From Nitrospina sp. (GTDB lineage: Bacteria; Nitrospinota; Nitrospinia; Nitrospinales; VA-1), in assembly GCA_018673915.1 (NCBI GenBank), contig JABHBK010000069.1, positions 9,272 to 73,271 of the forward strand: a DNA stretch of 64,000 nt, given 5' to 3'. Position numbers and translations under genes: made by a program. This document shows positions 32,077-42,518 of this stretch, piece after piece. How positions within the stretch are numbered: position 1 is the stretch's first letter; every line of letters begins with the position of its first letter. The notes under the pieces were generated by a model. That model was not told the origin of the DNA. It ran no database searches and saw nothing but the letters and a program-made list of their open reading frames with translations.

Positions 32077-32937
32077 TTAATACAGGCATTCAGGTTGTGG
32101 TGAAGTCAGATAACTATATCTTGGCATAAAAAAACGTTTAAGCGCATCTCTGATCCAATTATTTGCTTCAATGGCCTTATCAACTTCGTCTTGACCCATT
32201 TCTTTTTTGATATTTTTCCCGCCAAAATAAAAGCTGACTAACTTTGTTTTACTGTTTTCAATGGCTTTGTAAACATTCTTTAAGTTGTGCAATTTATCAT
32301 CGACAAAGATAATTTTTTTGTAGTTTAGATCGTTATACCTTAAAAATTCCGTCAAAGATTTTCCTTTATCGGCACCCGCAACCATCATCAACCCTGCCCT
32401 GTAAACAATTTCAGCTTTTCTATTTTCAGCATGAATGATAGCAGACCAATCATTCTGAGAAGGGAGTCGATCATTTCTAGAAAAAAAATATTTATTTCGC
32501 AACAACTCTCTTTCAGTTGCAGATCGCTGTTTATTTGACCTTGCTGTGAGCAGCATCACATGGTTATTTTGAATTGCATTAAACCTGTCATTCAAATTGG
32601 GTTCGGTAGGAACCATGGTGCCAATTTCGTAGAGCATGCTTGCCACATCAAACCTGCAAGGAAGTAATTGGTGCTTCGTTTGGTTATTTTTGTACCACTG
32701 AACCCATCTTTCACTTCCTAATAATTGTTCTGAAGTTAGCAGAGTGTCATCAATATCAAACACTATTAGAAGTTCATTTTGTTTTGTTTGGGAATTTTTT
32801 ATTTCACTAAAAACAGGATTGAAGTTATCTACCGCTATGGGGTTAAAATCTGTTTTTTGGTTTGATAAACTAACGGTTCCAGCGCAGGAGACCAGAAAAG
32901 TTATAGAAAAAATAAGGAAATAGATTAGTCGATTCAC
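32077..32937 (-). CDS. DUF2608-like HAD-superfamily lipoprotein
   Basis: Lipobox LVSC, VFDIDDTLL, LTAR, KG, IIFVDD. Confidence 0.75.
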   Translation of the reverse strand: MNRLIYFLIFSITFLVSCAGTVSLSNQKTDFNPIAVDNFNPVFSEIKNSQTKQNELLIVFDIDDTLLTSEQLLGSERWVQWYKNNQTKHQLLPCRFDVASMLYEIGTMVPTEPNLNDRFNAIQNNHVMLLTARSNKQRSATERELLRNKYFFSRNDRLPSQNDWSAIIHAENRKAEIVYRAGLMMVAGADKGKSLTEFLRYNDLNYKKIIFVDDKLHNLKNVYKAIENSKTKLVSFYFGGKNIKKEMGQDEVDKAIEANNWIRDALKRFFMPRYSYLTSPQPECLY

Positions 32938-32962
32938 TTAAATTTCCCTATGGCATGACAAC

Positions 32963-33751
32963 TCAGATATCAGAAGATTCTGAATCTATGCTGCGGTGAT
33001 ATTCTTCCAGAATCGTATCCTGAGTATCCTGGTCGGCGGCCTTGTAGATTCGGATGGTTTCAAAGTGGTTGGTTTGTTGGATGCGTAATAATTTAAGACG
33101 CATTAATTCCAGCACAGCAAGAAAAGTCACTATGATTTCCTGCTTACTATTTAAAACGGTGAAAAGAGAATCAAACGTAACACTTTCGGAAGCATTAAGA
33201 ATTTCCATGATGTGCTGAATCCGGTCTGTGACCGACATTTCCGTAATTTCAATCTCGTAATCTTTTTCAAACGATTTGGTATCCAGAATTTTCTGGTAGG
33301 CTTTAAACAAATCAAAAACCGTTGCCTCAACCAGTTCTTTGTCTTCCGAACTCTGCTCAATTTCAATTTGCCCACCCCGCACAAAAATCTGTTGCTGGTC
33401 ATGTTCTTTCATTCTTAATTCGAACGCCGCATCCCGATAGCGCTGGTACTCACGTAACCGGCGCATCAATTCTGCTCTGGGGTCGACTCCGCCTCCGTCA
33501 TCCCATTCTTCATCCGTTTCAGGAGTCGGAAGCAGAATTTTTGATTTGATACGAGCCAATTCAGCGGCCATGACCAAATACTCCCCGACCAGTTCAAGAT
33601 TCAACTCCTGCATCAACTCCAGATATCCCATATACTGCCGGGTAATTTCGGCAATGGGGATATCATAGATATCCATCTTTTGCTCTTTAACCAGATGAAG
33701 AAGCAGGTCCAAGGGGCCTTCAAAAATTTCAAGTTTACATCGATAGGTCAT
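32963..33751 (-). CDS. scpA: Segregation and condensation protein A
   Basis: FEGPLDLLLHL, DIYDIPIA.IT.QY, IVTFLAVLEL. Confidence 0.95.
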   Translation of the reverse strand: MTYRCKLEIFEGPLDLLLHLVKEQKMDIYDIPIAEITRQYMGYLELMQELNLELVGEYLVMAAELARIKSKILLPTPETDEEWDDGGGVDPRAELMRRLREYQRYRDAAFELRMKEHDQQQIFVRGGQIEIEQSSEDKELVEATVFDLFKAYQKILDTKSFEKDYEIEITEMSVTDRIQHIMEILNASESVTFDSLFTVLNSKQEIIVTFLAVLELMRLKLLRIQQTNHFETIRIYKAADQDTQDTILEEYHRSIDSESSDI

Positions 33752-33835
33752 AGTCGGATTATAGATTTAAAGTTTTCATCATGAGTTCAACTCGCACTCA
33801 ATAATAACCAAGTTATTAAAATTGAGCTTATATTT

Positions 33836-34582
33836 CTACAAGTCACCCCAACGTGACTGCAATAGGGCTAAAGCTACAACAGGGGCTGTTTCCGCCCGGA
33901 GAATCCGTGGGCCCAAGCTCACTGTTTGAAATCCAAATTCACGGACCGTTTCGATCTCAGCCTGGCTGAATCCCCCTTCGGGTCCAATCAAAACAGCAAC
34001 AGAGCGTGGTTCCACATCCAGATCAATATCTTTAAGAATTTTTGTATCCTCCATTTCCCAAAAAACCAACTTAAGATCCTGACACTCATTTTTGCGGCAA
34101 AAATTTTCCAGAGTTTGAATATTCTCCGCCACAATTGGAACCTGAGAACGACCACATTGCTTAGAGCTTTCCAAGGCAATTTTCTTCCAGCGCCCGATTT
34201 TCTTTTCCATCTCAGTCCGATGTATTTTTACCACGCATCGCTCGGTGGTTAAAGGGGTAACAGAACGCACTCCCAATTCTACGGACTTTCTCAATGTCAT
34301 ATCGAACTTATTCGCTTTGGTTAATGCCTGCCCCAAGTGAATCGCTAAAGGAGATTCCAAATTGATCGTTTCAGAAGCAATGACTTCTCCATGAACCTCC
34401 TTCGCCTTGACCTCAACCAGCTTAACAGTGAGCCATTTATCTGAATCGCTGATTACCTGTATTGAGTCCCCTGCTTTCAATCTCAATACTGTTCTGATAT
34501 GCGAGACATCCGATCCGGTAAGAGTCAGCCTTTTATTAATAATTTGTTCTTTGGGAACAAAAAATTTATGCAGGGAACTCAT
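33836..34582 (-). CDS. rsmE: 16S rRNA m3U1498 methyltransferase
   Basis: HIRTVLR, KSVELGV, IGPEGGF, LGPRILRAETA; ATGA overlap with the upstream gene. Confidence 0.95.
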   Translation of the reverse strand: MSSLHKFFVPKEQIINKRLTLTGSDVSHIRTVLRLKAGDSIQVISDSDKWLTVKLVEVKAKEVHGEVIASETINLESPLAIHLGQALTKANKFDMTLRKSVELGVRSVTPLTTERCVVKIHRTEMEKKIGRWKKIALESSKQCGRSQVPIVAENIQTLENFCRKNECQDLKLVFWEMEDTKILKDIDLDVEPRSVAVLIGPEGGFSQAEIETVREFGFQTVSLGPRILRAETAPVVALALLQSRWGDL

Positions 34583-35295
34583 GCATTTACCCAATGAATC
34601 TGCAATAAATCTTCCAGTGAGCTTAATTCATAATCAGGGGATATATCAGTCTGTTCCTTTTTACGGTTAATCCAGGCCGTTTTCATTCCCACGCTTTGGG
34701 CACCCAGAATATCTGTGGAAGGGCTATCTCCCACAAAAATAATTTCGGAAGGTGGCAACTGAAACTGGCTTATCGCCAATTGAAAAATAGAAGGATGCGG
34801 TTTGCGAAAAGGAAACCCTGAAGAATAAATCGCAAAATCAAAATACTTTTTCAAGCCAGAGTTTTTCAGTTCCAATTCTTTTATGGCAACAGGGTTCGTG
34901 GTGTTTGAAATAATTCCCATAGAAACACCGCTTAATTTTTTTAGAACAGTTTCCACTTCGGGATAAACCCTTCTTTCCAGAAAAACTTCTCTATAATAAA
35001 CTTCCAGAATTTCCTGAATAGAGACCTGCCCCTCCCATGGAACTTTAAAATAGAAGAGTAAATATTGTAAAACTTCCTCGTAACGTGCCTCCCGATGTGT
35101 AGTTCGAGATAACTCAATCATGGATTTAAATAATTCTCTGGATTTTCCCAGACATTCTTCAAAGTCTGGCAAGGCGATTTGCTTCGTCTGTAGAAAAGAA
35201 AAAACTTTTTCCAGAGGCTTCCTGTCATCTTCTTCTCCCAAGTCGACCAGGGTATGCGCCCAATCAAAACCAATTGCTTTAAATGGAAAATTCAT
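34579..35295 (-). CDS. HAD-family hydrolase
   Basis: GFDWAHTL, ISNT, RKPHPSIF, FVGDS..DI.GA. Confidence 0.85.
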   Translation of the reverse strand: MNFPFKAIGFDWAHTLVDLGEEDDRKPLEKVFSFLQTKQIALPDFEECLGKSRELFKSMIELSRTTHREARYEEVLQYLLFYFKVPWEGQVSIQEILEVYYREVFLERRVYPEVETVLKKLSGVSMGIISNTTNPVAIKELELKNSGLKKYFDFAIYSSGFPFRKPHPSIFQLAISQFQLPPSEIIFVGDSPSTDILGAQSVGMKTAWINRKKEQTDISPDYELSSLEDLLQIHWVNA

Positions 35296-35531
35296 TCACC
35301 ACCTATAGTTGCTGTATTCCAACCCGTAAAATTTGGGAGATTAACATTAAGAAATGAAAAACGATAATCCTTTATTTATCAATAGATAGTTTGATATTTG
35401 CACGATAGGTGGATGCCCAATCTTTTCAGGGACACCTTCAGTTATCAGGAAGCAAGTTCTTGCCTTGACCTTTAGCTCTATCCACTAAATAATAACAGCA
35501 CCAAGAAGATAAAGGAACAGCAGAAAAAATC

Positions 35532-36071
35532 ATGGTCCCTGAAAACGTAAAAGCCCTACCTGGAAATATTTGCTCGAATCAGGAATTGATTCAGGAAGCA
35601 ATTAACTTAGGATGCACCAAGGCCAAAGTGATTTTGACCAAGACTATATCCATGGCCCATTGGATGAAACTGCAGTGCCAATATGGATGTTCCCACTATG
35701 GCTCTCTCCTGACCTGTCCGCCCTACACCCCCAATGCAGATGAAATGGCTGACATTCTTCCTGAGTATGATAAAGCCCTGCTCATCAACGCCAGTCCAGA
35801 AACAAATGTAGGGGAAATTGTAGTTCATTTGGAAAATTATTTAAAAGAGAAAGGCTTTAGCAAAGCTTTCGCCTTATCTGCTCAGCCTTGCAATCTGTGT
35901 ATACCCTGTACCATTGATACAAACTGCCAGCATCCCGATAAAGCCCGGCCCACTTTGCAAGCCTGCGGCATTGATGTAAATGAAACCGTCCATAATAATG
36001 GATGGGATGATTTAGGCCAACAAACCCCCTGCACTCCAACCCATGCCATTGGTTTGGTCCTTCTTGCTTGA
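35532..36071 (+). CDS. DUF2284 Cys-rich metal-binding protein
   Basis: CQYGCSHYG...CPP, PCNLC..C....C.HP..ARP.LQACGIDV. Confidence 0.8.
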   Translation: MVPENVKALPGNICSNQELIQEAINLGCTKAKVILTKTISMAHWMKLQCQYGCSHYGSLLTCPPYTPNADEMADILPEYDKALLINASPETNVGEIVVHLENYLKEKGFSKAFALSAQPCNLCIPCTIDTNCQHPDKARPTLQACGIDVNETVHNNGWDDLGQQTPCTPTHAIGLVLLA

Positions 36072-36112
36072 TATTCGGATATAATAACCTCCTCTTAATC
36101 ACCCGACCTTAA

Positions 36113-37291
36113 TTGACTGTGGGTTATCGTTACGCAATCCTTGGAGCTGGCCGACAAGGCCTATCTGCCGCCTTTGATCTGGCCCGTTTTGGGTCTGCAA
36201 AGGAAATCCTTCTCTGCGATCTCAATCTGGAAGCTGCAAAGGAGGGAGCAGAAAAACTACGCACCCTGCTTTCACAAGATTTGTTCAAACCAGTAAGTCT
36301 GGATGCAGGGAATCTGAAACAACTCCATAAGGTGTTAAAGGAAGTCGACTCCGCCATCAGCGCAGTTCCCTTCCCCCTCAACTTGGATATCACCAAAACA
36401 GCAATCGAATGTAAAACCCACCTTTGCGATCTGGGCGGACACACCGAAACCGTTCTCAAGCAATTGGCCCTTGATCCGTCTGCCAAAACTTCCGATATCA
36501 CCATTGTTCCCGACTGCGGCATGGGACCGGGACTCAACATTTCTCTGGGAGTTTTAGCCATGAGTTTCCTGGAAAAGCCTATCAACCTTTTTATATGGGA
36601 CGGCGGTTTACCGCTTAACCCGGTTCCTCCTTGGAATTATGTCTCTACATTCCATATCAACGGCCTGACCAACGAGTACGAGGGACCTGCCTGGTTCATT
36701 AGGGATGGCAAACCTACTCAAGTCCCTTGCCTGAGTGAGGTGGAGGAGTTGGATTTCCCTGCCCCTTTAGGACTTTTGGAAGCGGCAGTTACATCAGGAG
36801 GACTTTCTACCGCTCCCTGGACATTTGCGGGCAAACTCCAACGCCTGGAAAATAAAACCTTGCGCTATCCAGGCCACTGGCAAACTTTTCAAGCATTCCA
36901 GCAGCTGGGTTTGTTTGAGCAAACTCCGGTGGCGATGAAAGAAGATCGCTTCATCCCCAGAGAAGTGTTCCACACTCTTCTTCAACCCAAAATCTCCAGT
37001 GACACAATTCGGGATATCTGCGTAATCCGTGTCCGCTGTGAAGGAGAAATCGATGGAAAAAGTGCCGTCTGTACCCTGGACCTATGCGAAACTTTTGATG
37101 AAGAAACTCATTTCACAGCCATGGAAAAATTTACCGGCTGGCACGCTAGCATGGTCGCCATACTTTCGGCGCAGGGAAAACTGCCCAAAGGTGCGATTCC
37201 CATCGAAAAAGCACTATCAGGAGAAATGTTAAAGGAAGAGGCAAAAAAAAGGGGATGGGTTATAAAAAACAATGCGTTATTGGGAGTCTAA
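36113..37291 (+). CDS. Saccharopine dehydrogenase / lysine 6-dehydrogenase family
   Basis: GAGRQG, DLGG, PDCGMGPG, GGLP, KTLRYPGH. Confidence 0.85.
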   Translation: MTVGYRYAILGAGRQGLSAAFDLARFGSAKEILLCDLNLEAAKEGAEKLRTLLSQDLFKPVSLDAGNLKQLHKVLKEVDSAISAVPFPLNLDITKTAIECKTHLCDLGGHTETVLKQLALDPSAKTSDITIVPDCGMGPGLNISLGVLAMSFLEKPINLFIWDGGLPLNPVPPWNYVSTFHINGLTNEYEGPAWFIRDGKPTQVPCLSEVEELDFPAPLGLLEAAVTSGGLSTAPWTFAGKLQRLENKTLRYPGHWQTFQAFQQLGLFEQTPVAMKEDRFIPREVFHTLLQPKISSDTIRDICVIRVRCEGEIDGKSAVCTLDLCETFDEETHFTAMEKFTGWHASMVAILSAQGKLPKGAIPIEKALSGEMLKEEAKKRGWVIKNNALLGV

Positions 37292-37395
37292 ATAGGCAAG
37301 TAAAAAAGATTGTCTAAAACAATCGGTATTTGATTTACAACTGATGAAAATTATAATAGCATAAACAGAATAATCAATGCCAAGGGGAGAATTCT

Positions 37396-37776
37396 ATGGA
37401 AACCATTCGTTCTCAAATGACCACTCCGGTTATTAGCATTTATTCCGAAGCAACCGCACAGGAAGCCGCACAATTAATGGTGGAAAAAGAAATCGGTTCC
37501 TTGCTAGTAAAGGGTTGCCAGGGTTATGTCGGCATTCTGGCTGAACGGGACTTGGTACACAGAATAGTAAGTGAAGGCTTGGATCCAAAGACTACCCCTC
37601 TCTCTTCAATTATGGAGGAGTCCATTCTATCCATTGACCTGAATGCCACCACTTGCGAGGCAGGCACATTAATGAAGGAATACAATCTCAGTCATCTAAC
37701 CGTGACAGATAATGAAGAGATAACAGGAATTCTTTCCCTCAGAGATCTTGTCCATAAAAATAAAGTTCCCGCTTAA
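37396..37776 (+). CDS. CBS-domain protein
   Basis: Two CBS units (MTTPVISI...GILAERDL; IM....SI...GILSLRDL); GGAG RBS. Confidence 0.88.
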   Translation: METIRSQMTTPVISIYSEATAQEAAQLMVEKEIGSLLVKGCQGYVGILAERDLVHRIVSEGLDPKTTPLSSIMEESILSIDLNATTCEAGTLMKEYNLSHLTVTDNEEITGILSLRDLVHKNKVPA

Positions 37777-37796
37777 CCCTACATCTATTGCCCCTA

Positions 37797-39038
37797 TTAT
37801 TTTGTAGGCCAGGATTGAACTTTGCCACCCCGCACCACCTCATCTAATTCCTGAAGATCTGCACCATTAATACCCAAAAAATAAAGGATTAATTTTAAAT
37901 TAGACTGATTAATACTGGCTAGTGCTTGGCGTTGCACAATGGGTTTGGCGTTGAAGGCAATTCCCAATCCAGCCCGGGCCAGCATCTTGATATCGTTGGC
38001 GCCATCCCCCACAGCCACTACTTGGCGTAGCGAGAATCCCTCTTTTTTAGCAAGCGAAACCAGTGTATTTTCTTTGGCCTCGGCATCAATGATTTGCCCT
38101 TCCAACTCTCCTGAAACTTGCCCGTTTTCTATCTTCAATTGATTGGCAAACCCGTAATCCAACCCATAGTTATCGCAAATCTTATCGATAAAATACTGGA
38201 ACCCGCCACTGACCAAAGCAATTTTATATCCCAGGTGCTTCAAGATATTTACCAGAGTTTCCGCTCCAGGAGTTAGAGGCAGAGAGTTGGATAGCTGGTG
38301 CAGGCTTTCTACCGGAAGACCTTTTAACAGTTTCACTCGTTGCAGCAAAGCTGATTTAAAGTCTATTTCACCATTCATGGCCTGTCTGGTGATTCCCTCC
38401 ATTTTTTCACCCACCCCAGCGAGTTTGCCTAGCTCATCAATGACTTCACATTGCAGAAAGGTCATATCGGCATCCAGCACAATCAATCTTTTATTACGCC
38501 GAAAATAGGTTTCCTCCTGAACAGCGATGTCGACTCCATATTTTTCCTTGAACTTCACCAGAGCATTCAAAACTTCCTCAGAGGAGTGCGCCTCGCGGGT
38601 TCCGATAATAAACTCCAGAGCATGGACATCCCCAGAGTCCAGTTGTTCAATACGCAAAATATTTATATCCAGTTCAGCAAATATCTGAGTAATTTCAAGA
38701 AAACCAGAAGATGGAATGGAATCGCAAAGCAAGGACACTACCGAACGGTGCGCATAGGGAGCATCTGGGCGGGTGGCCGTCTCCCAAGGATAAATGGTGG
38801 CATTAAAATCCATTTTCTCCGCATAATCAGACAATGCTTCACGCAGAGGAAGAATATGCTTGTCATCGCAACCATCAAGCAGAATGGAAAGATTGAGCAA
38901 CCCGTTAAATACAAATTGCTTGATATCCACAACATTCCAACCCGTCTTAACGATAAACGCCAGGGTTTCAGCTAAAATTCCCGGTCGGTCTTGCGCGGAG
39001 ATATGAACGTGCAGTTGGCTGGAGGAAGAAAAAGACAT
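37797..39038 (-). CDS. serB: Phosphoserine phosphatase with ACT domains
   Basis: DRPGI ACT, DADMT, SGGF, GDGAND, AFNAKP. Confidence 0.93.
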   Translation of the reverse strand: MSFSSSSQLHVHISAQDRPGILAETLAFIVKTGWNVVDIKQFVFNGLLNLSILLDGCDDKHILPLREALSDYAEKMDFNATIYPWETATRPDAPYAHRSVVSLLCDSIPSSGFLEITQIFAELDINILRIEQLDSGDVHALEFIIGTREAHSSEEVLNALVKFKEKYGVDIAVQEETYFRRNKRLIVLDADMTFLQCEVIDELGKLAGVGEKMEGITRQAMNGEIDFKSALLQRVKLLKGLPVESLHQLSNSLPLTPGAETLVNILKHLGYKIALVSGGFQYFIDKICDNYGLDYGFANQLKIENGQVSGELEGQIIDAEAKENTLVSLAKKEGFSLRQVVAVGDGANDIKMLARAGLGIAFNAKPIVQRQALASINQSNLKLILYFLGINGADLQELDEVVRGGKVQSWPTK

Positions 39039-39041
39039 GGA

Positions 39042-39500
39042 TCAGGTTTGCGGCTTATAACGCCACCCTTCCCTTTTTTTGCAGGTCCAGCCATCATTGA
39101 TCTGAAAGGTCGATAAGCTCTCAAGCGTTTGTGAATTAAATAAGGCTGTTACGCCTTCTCCCTGTATTGGGTTGCCTTTTAAATGTAGGCGTTTGAGCTT
39201 ATCAAGATGCTTTGCTTTGGCTAGAAACTTCAAACCTTCATCACTAACATGATTCTGATTGAGGTTTAAATATTGAATGTTTTCCAAAAATGCACATTCG
39301 ACCAATTCCTGGACTCCCAGATCCCCAAGATTGTTATCATCCAGATCCAGCCAGCTAATTTCCATCATTTTGGGTGCCTGCCATAAGAGCCTCGCTTCTT
39401 CAAAGCTTAGACCCTTTCCACTGAGCATCAATTGATTACCCCGCAAGCGACCTTCAAAAATTTCCTCAACACTTTTAAACCTACAGTTCTCGCTCATCAC
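39042..39500 (-). CDS. Small leucine-rich-repeat protein
   Basis: LDLDDNNLGDLG / LNLNQNHVSDEG / LHLKGNPIQGEG at about 28-aa spacing. Confidence 0.8.
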   Translation of the reverse strand: MMSENCRFKSVEEIFEGRLRGNQLMLSGKGLSFEEARLLWQAPKMMEISWLDLDDNNLGDLGVQELVECAFLENIQYLNLNQNHVSDEGLKFLAKAKHLDKLKRLHLKGNPIQGEGVTALFNSQTLESLSTFQINDGWTCKKREGWRYKPQT

Positions 39501-39559
39501 AAATCCTTAATTAAATCCTATCGGTGCTTTCTATATCATGAAGAGCAGAACCCGCCAAT

Positions 39560-40822
39560 TCATTTTTTTCCAAAAGGGGGAACATAACGCCTGCCCTTTA
39601 ATTGATTCGGCAAGTATTCCTGTTCCTCAGAGTCCTCATCATGAGGGTATTTGTAATCCACACCAAATCCATATTTGGACTTAGCGTCCTTATAATGAGT
39701 ATCCTTCAAATGATCAGGAACGGGATAAGATAATCCCTTTTTCTGGATATCGTTTAAAGCCTGATCAATAGCCACAATAGCAGAATTTTCCTTGGGAGCC
39801 TGGGCAACATAAATCACTGCTTGAGCAAGAGGAATACGGGCTTCTGGAAAACCCAGTTTTTCCACTGCGTTGGCCACAGCCTGCACTAAAATAAATGCGT
39901 TAGGATCTGCATTGCCCACATCTTCGGCCGCCGTGACCAGCAATCGCCGGACAATAAAACGTGGATCTTCTCCACCCGAAATCATTTTGGCTAGCCAGTA
40001 TATCGCCGCATCCGCATCTGAACCACGTAGGCTTTTCTGGAATGCAGAAGCATGATCATAATGCTCCGTGCCTTTTTTATCGTAAAGTGTAGCGGCTTTT
40101 TGAATTATCCCCTCAATGATTGTCAAGTTAACGTGTTTATCCTCTCGCGAGGAAACCACATCGTGAGCCGCCTCCAACACATTGAGAGCCCGGCGAGCGT
40201 CACCATTGGCATGACTGACAATCAAACCCATCGCCTCTCCAGACAATTGAAGTGAGGATTTTCCTAAACCTTTTTCTGAATCTATCAGTGCCCTGTCCAG
40301 AATATCCCTGATTTGTGCCCGCTCCAAGGACTCCAAACGAAAAGTCTGACACCGTGAGCGAAGTGCGGGAATGACTTCAAAGGAAGGATTTTCTGTGGTA
40401 CTGCCTATCAGGCGAATCGTTCCATTTTCAATATGGGGAAGGACGGCATCCTGCTGGGCCTTATTGAACCGGTGAATTTCATCGATGAATAATACTGTTC
40501 CCTTATTATTCGATTTCCAAGCTTGGCGTGCAACCTCGATAACCTTACGGATATCTGCCACCCCGGCATTCACTGCACTGATTTCACAAAACTCGCTTTC
40601 GGTCAACCGGGCAGCAATCCGGGCAAGGGTAGTTTTACCAGCACCAGGTGGCCCCCATAAAATAAAGGATAACCGTGATCCAGATTCAATCAAGTCCCTT
40701 AGCGGCAGACCTTCCCCCACAAGATGCTCCTGTCCGGCAAAACCTTTCCAGCTTTCAGGGCGAAGGCGGTCCGCCAGCGGTGCAAGGGGTGCTTTTATTT
40801 CAAACTCAGGAAACAATTCCAT
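39560..40822 (-). CDS. rarA: Replication-associated recombination protein A (MgsA)
   Basis: [40 protein letters not shown]. Confidence 0.95.
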   Translation of the reverse strand: MELFPEFEIKAPLAPLADRLRPESWKGFAGQEHLVGEGLPLRDLIESGSRLSFILWGPPGAGKTTLARIAARLTESEFCEISAVNAGVADIRKVIEVARQAWKSNNKGTVLFIDEIHRFNKAQQDAVLPHIENGTIRLIGSTTENPSFEVIPALRSRCQTFRLESLERAQIRDILDRALIDSEKGLGKSSLQLSGEAMGLIVSHANGDARRALNVLEAAHDVVSSREDKHVNLTIIEGIIQKAATLYDKKGTEHYDHASAFQKSLRGSDADAAIYWLAKMISGGEDPRFIVRRLLVTAAEDVGNADPNAFILVQAVANAVEKLGFPEARIPLAQAVIYVAQAPKENSAIVAIDQALNDIQKKGLSYPVPDHLKDTHYKDAKSKYGFGVDYKYPHDEDSEEQEYLPNQLKGRRYVPPFGKK

Positions 40823-40841
40823 AATTTTTCATTTATAAACA

Positions 40842-42518
40842 TTAAATATCCCTGGTGCTTAGAGAACGGACACCCAACCGCAAAGGAATATGGGAAACCG
40901 CCCAAGTGAGAACAAGTATCAGCATATAACAAATGGGAACCTCTAGCCCACCAATTGATTTAAAAAGAAATTTCTCATTAAAGTGCACATAAAGCGGACG
41001 AGCTCCCAACATTAACACCAACCCGATATAACTCAACGCTAAAATCATAAACAACACGCCGCCGGAGCTAGATGAAATTTCTGAAATATTTTCATGATCA
41101 AATTTAGGATAAAGGGTTCCGAGCCCCAGCCCTAAACTGGTCAAACCAAAAGTTAATAGAAAGACGCCTGCAACAGAAACTTTCATCACAAAGGCATCCA
41201 CCTCCAACAACTGGTTGGAAACCACCACCAGCAATTCGGCAATAAATAAAAGTGGTGGGAAAAACATCCAGAATTTACTCGAAAGAAAACTCTGCATGGT
41301 CACAGGCCGGGTATAAATTAGCCAGAAACTCTTGCCCTCGACACTCGTTGAAGTGAACACAAAGCGGGATATCAAGGCCGCCATTACAAAACCCACTAAG
41401 CCAACATTCAAAACAGAAACCACATCCCGCAAAACTTTATTTTCCAAAGGAAGATGCATGATATTAAAAATATACACACAGACCAGAGCAAATAATATAA
41501 AAAGTTGCGACCATTGCTCCGGGTCACGAATAAAGACTTTAAAATCCTTATTCAACAAAGCTCTGCCATGATCAGACATAGGCAGATATTGAAAAAAGTT
41601 TTTTCTTTGAGCCGCCCGTCGCCCTCCATCCAAAGGAGCACTTCGAACCTCTTGGGTCAGGCACCAACCCTGGAAATAAATCCGCGAACCTACCCACAAA
41701 AGCAATGCGAATAATCCACTCGCAACCGCCCATAATGTTAGAGACGTCAATATTTCTCTTTGTCCCGTAGCCCAACCCGTAATCCCTCGGGTTATCCAGT
41801 TGCTAGGAAGAAATGGGTAATCGGGTGCCCTAAGACTTACCACAAACGCCATGATCTGTTCATCGGAGACATCCTGGCCAAAAAATTTATCCTGAGACAA
41901 AAACCTTAAATACACCACCACACCAACCAGAAAAAATAAACCCATGAAAGTTAATATCTGGTGCGTTTTGTGGGTAGGGTAAAATTTCATTAAAACCATC
42001 ATCACTAAAATGGCGAGCAAACAAGGAATAGATAAAAAAGGAAACAAATTGAATACCAAATACAGGTAGTAACCCCACGAAACATTAAAGTAAGAACCAT
42101 ATGCAGTAAACATCGGCAGGGAAAATAGTAAAACCATCCAGGAGCTATTTGCCATACACTGAAAGTATCGAGCTGTGATCACCGACCGGATAGGAATCGG
42201 CAGGGAGTGGAGAAGTTCCAGGTCGCGAGATAAAAAATAGACCGAGAGGGAAACGATCAGGCTCGAAAAAAGAACCATCATAAACAGGGTGATGAAAACC
42301 AGGTTGACCAATTGAACGATCAACTCATCGCCCACTCTGAATGGCAATCCATCCAAATAAACAATCACCCTGTGAAAAAACCAGTAATCCCCTATGACAA
42401 ACAACGTCCCCATTACAAAAATAGAAATCGGACGTAAGGCCTTTTTTAACCCAAACCTTTTAAAGAAATTGGTTTGAGCCCTCAATCTGAATTTTAAAAG
42501 AAGCCATACCCTACTCAT
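40842..42518 (-). CDS. Putative ABC-2-type permease (multi-TM)
   Basis: About 12 TMs, S.DLELL.SLP, KD.K.F.RD, EGKSFW; ATG 42518 overlaps the stop of the upstream gene. Confidence 0.7.
   Translation of the reverse strand: MSRVWLLLKFRLRAQTNFFKRFGLKKALRPISIFVMGTLFVIGDYWFFHRVIVYLDGLPFRVGDELIVQLVNLVFITLFMMVLFSSLIVSLSVYFLSRDLELLHSLPIPIRSVITARYFQCMANSSWMVLLFSLPMFTAYGSYFNVSWGYYLYLVFNLFPFLSIPCLLAILVMMVLMKFYPTHKTHQILTFMGLFFLVGVVVYLRFLSQDKFFGQDVSDEQIMAFVVSLRAPDYPFLPSNWITRGITGWATGQREILTSLTLWAVASGLFALLLWVGSRIYFQGWCLTQEVRSAPLDGGRRAAQRKNFFQYLPMSDHGRALLNKDFKVFIRDPEQWSQLFILFALVCVYIFNIMHLPLENKVLRDVVSVLNVGLVGFVMAALISRFVFTSTSVEGKSFWLIYTRPVTMQSFLSSKFWMFFPPLLFIAELLVVVSNQLLEVDAFVMKVSVAGVFLLTFGLTSLGLGLGTLYPKFDHENISEISSSSGGVLFMILALSYIGLVLMLGARPLYVHFNEKFLFKSIGGLEVPICYMLILVLTWAVSHIPLRLGVRSLSTRDI

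Noticed and set aside
35444-35470. Sigma-54-like GGCAAGAACTTGC on the minus strand
   Set aside because: GG-GC spacing is 9 nt, not the required 10.
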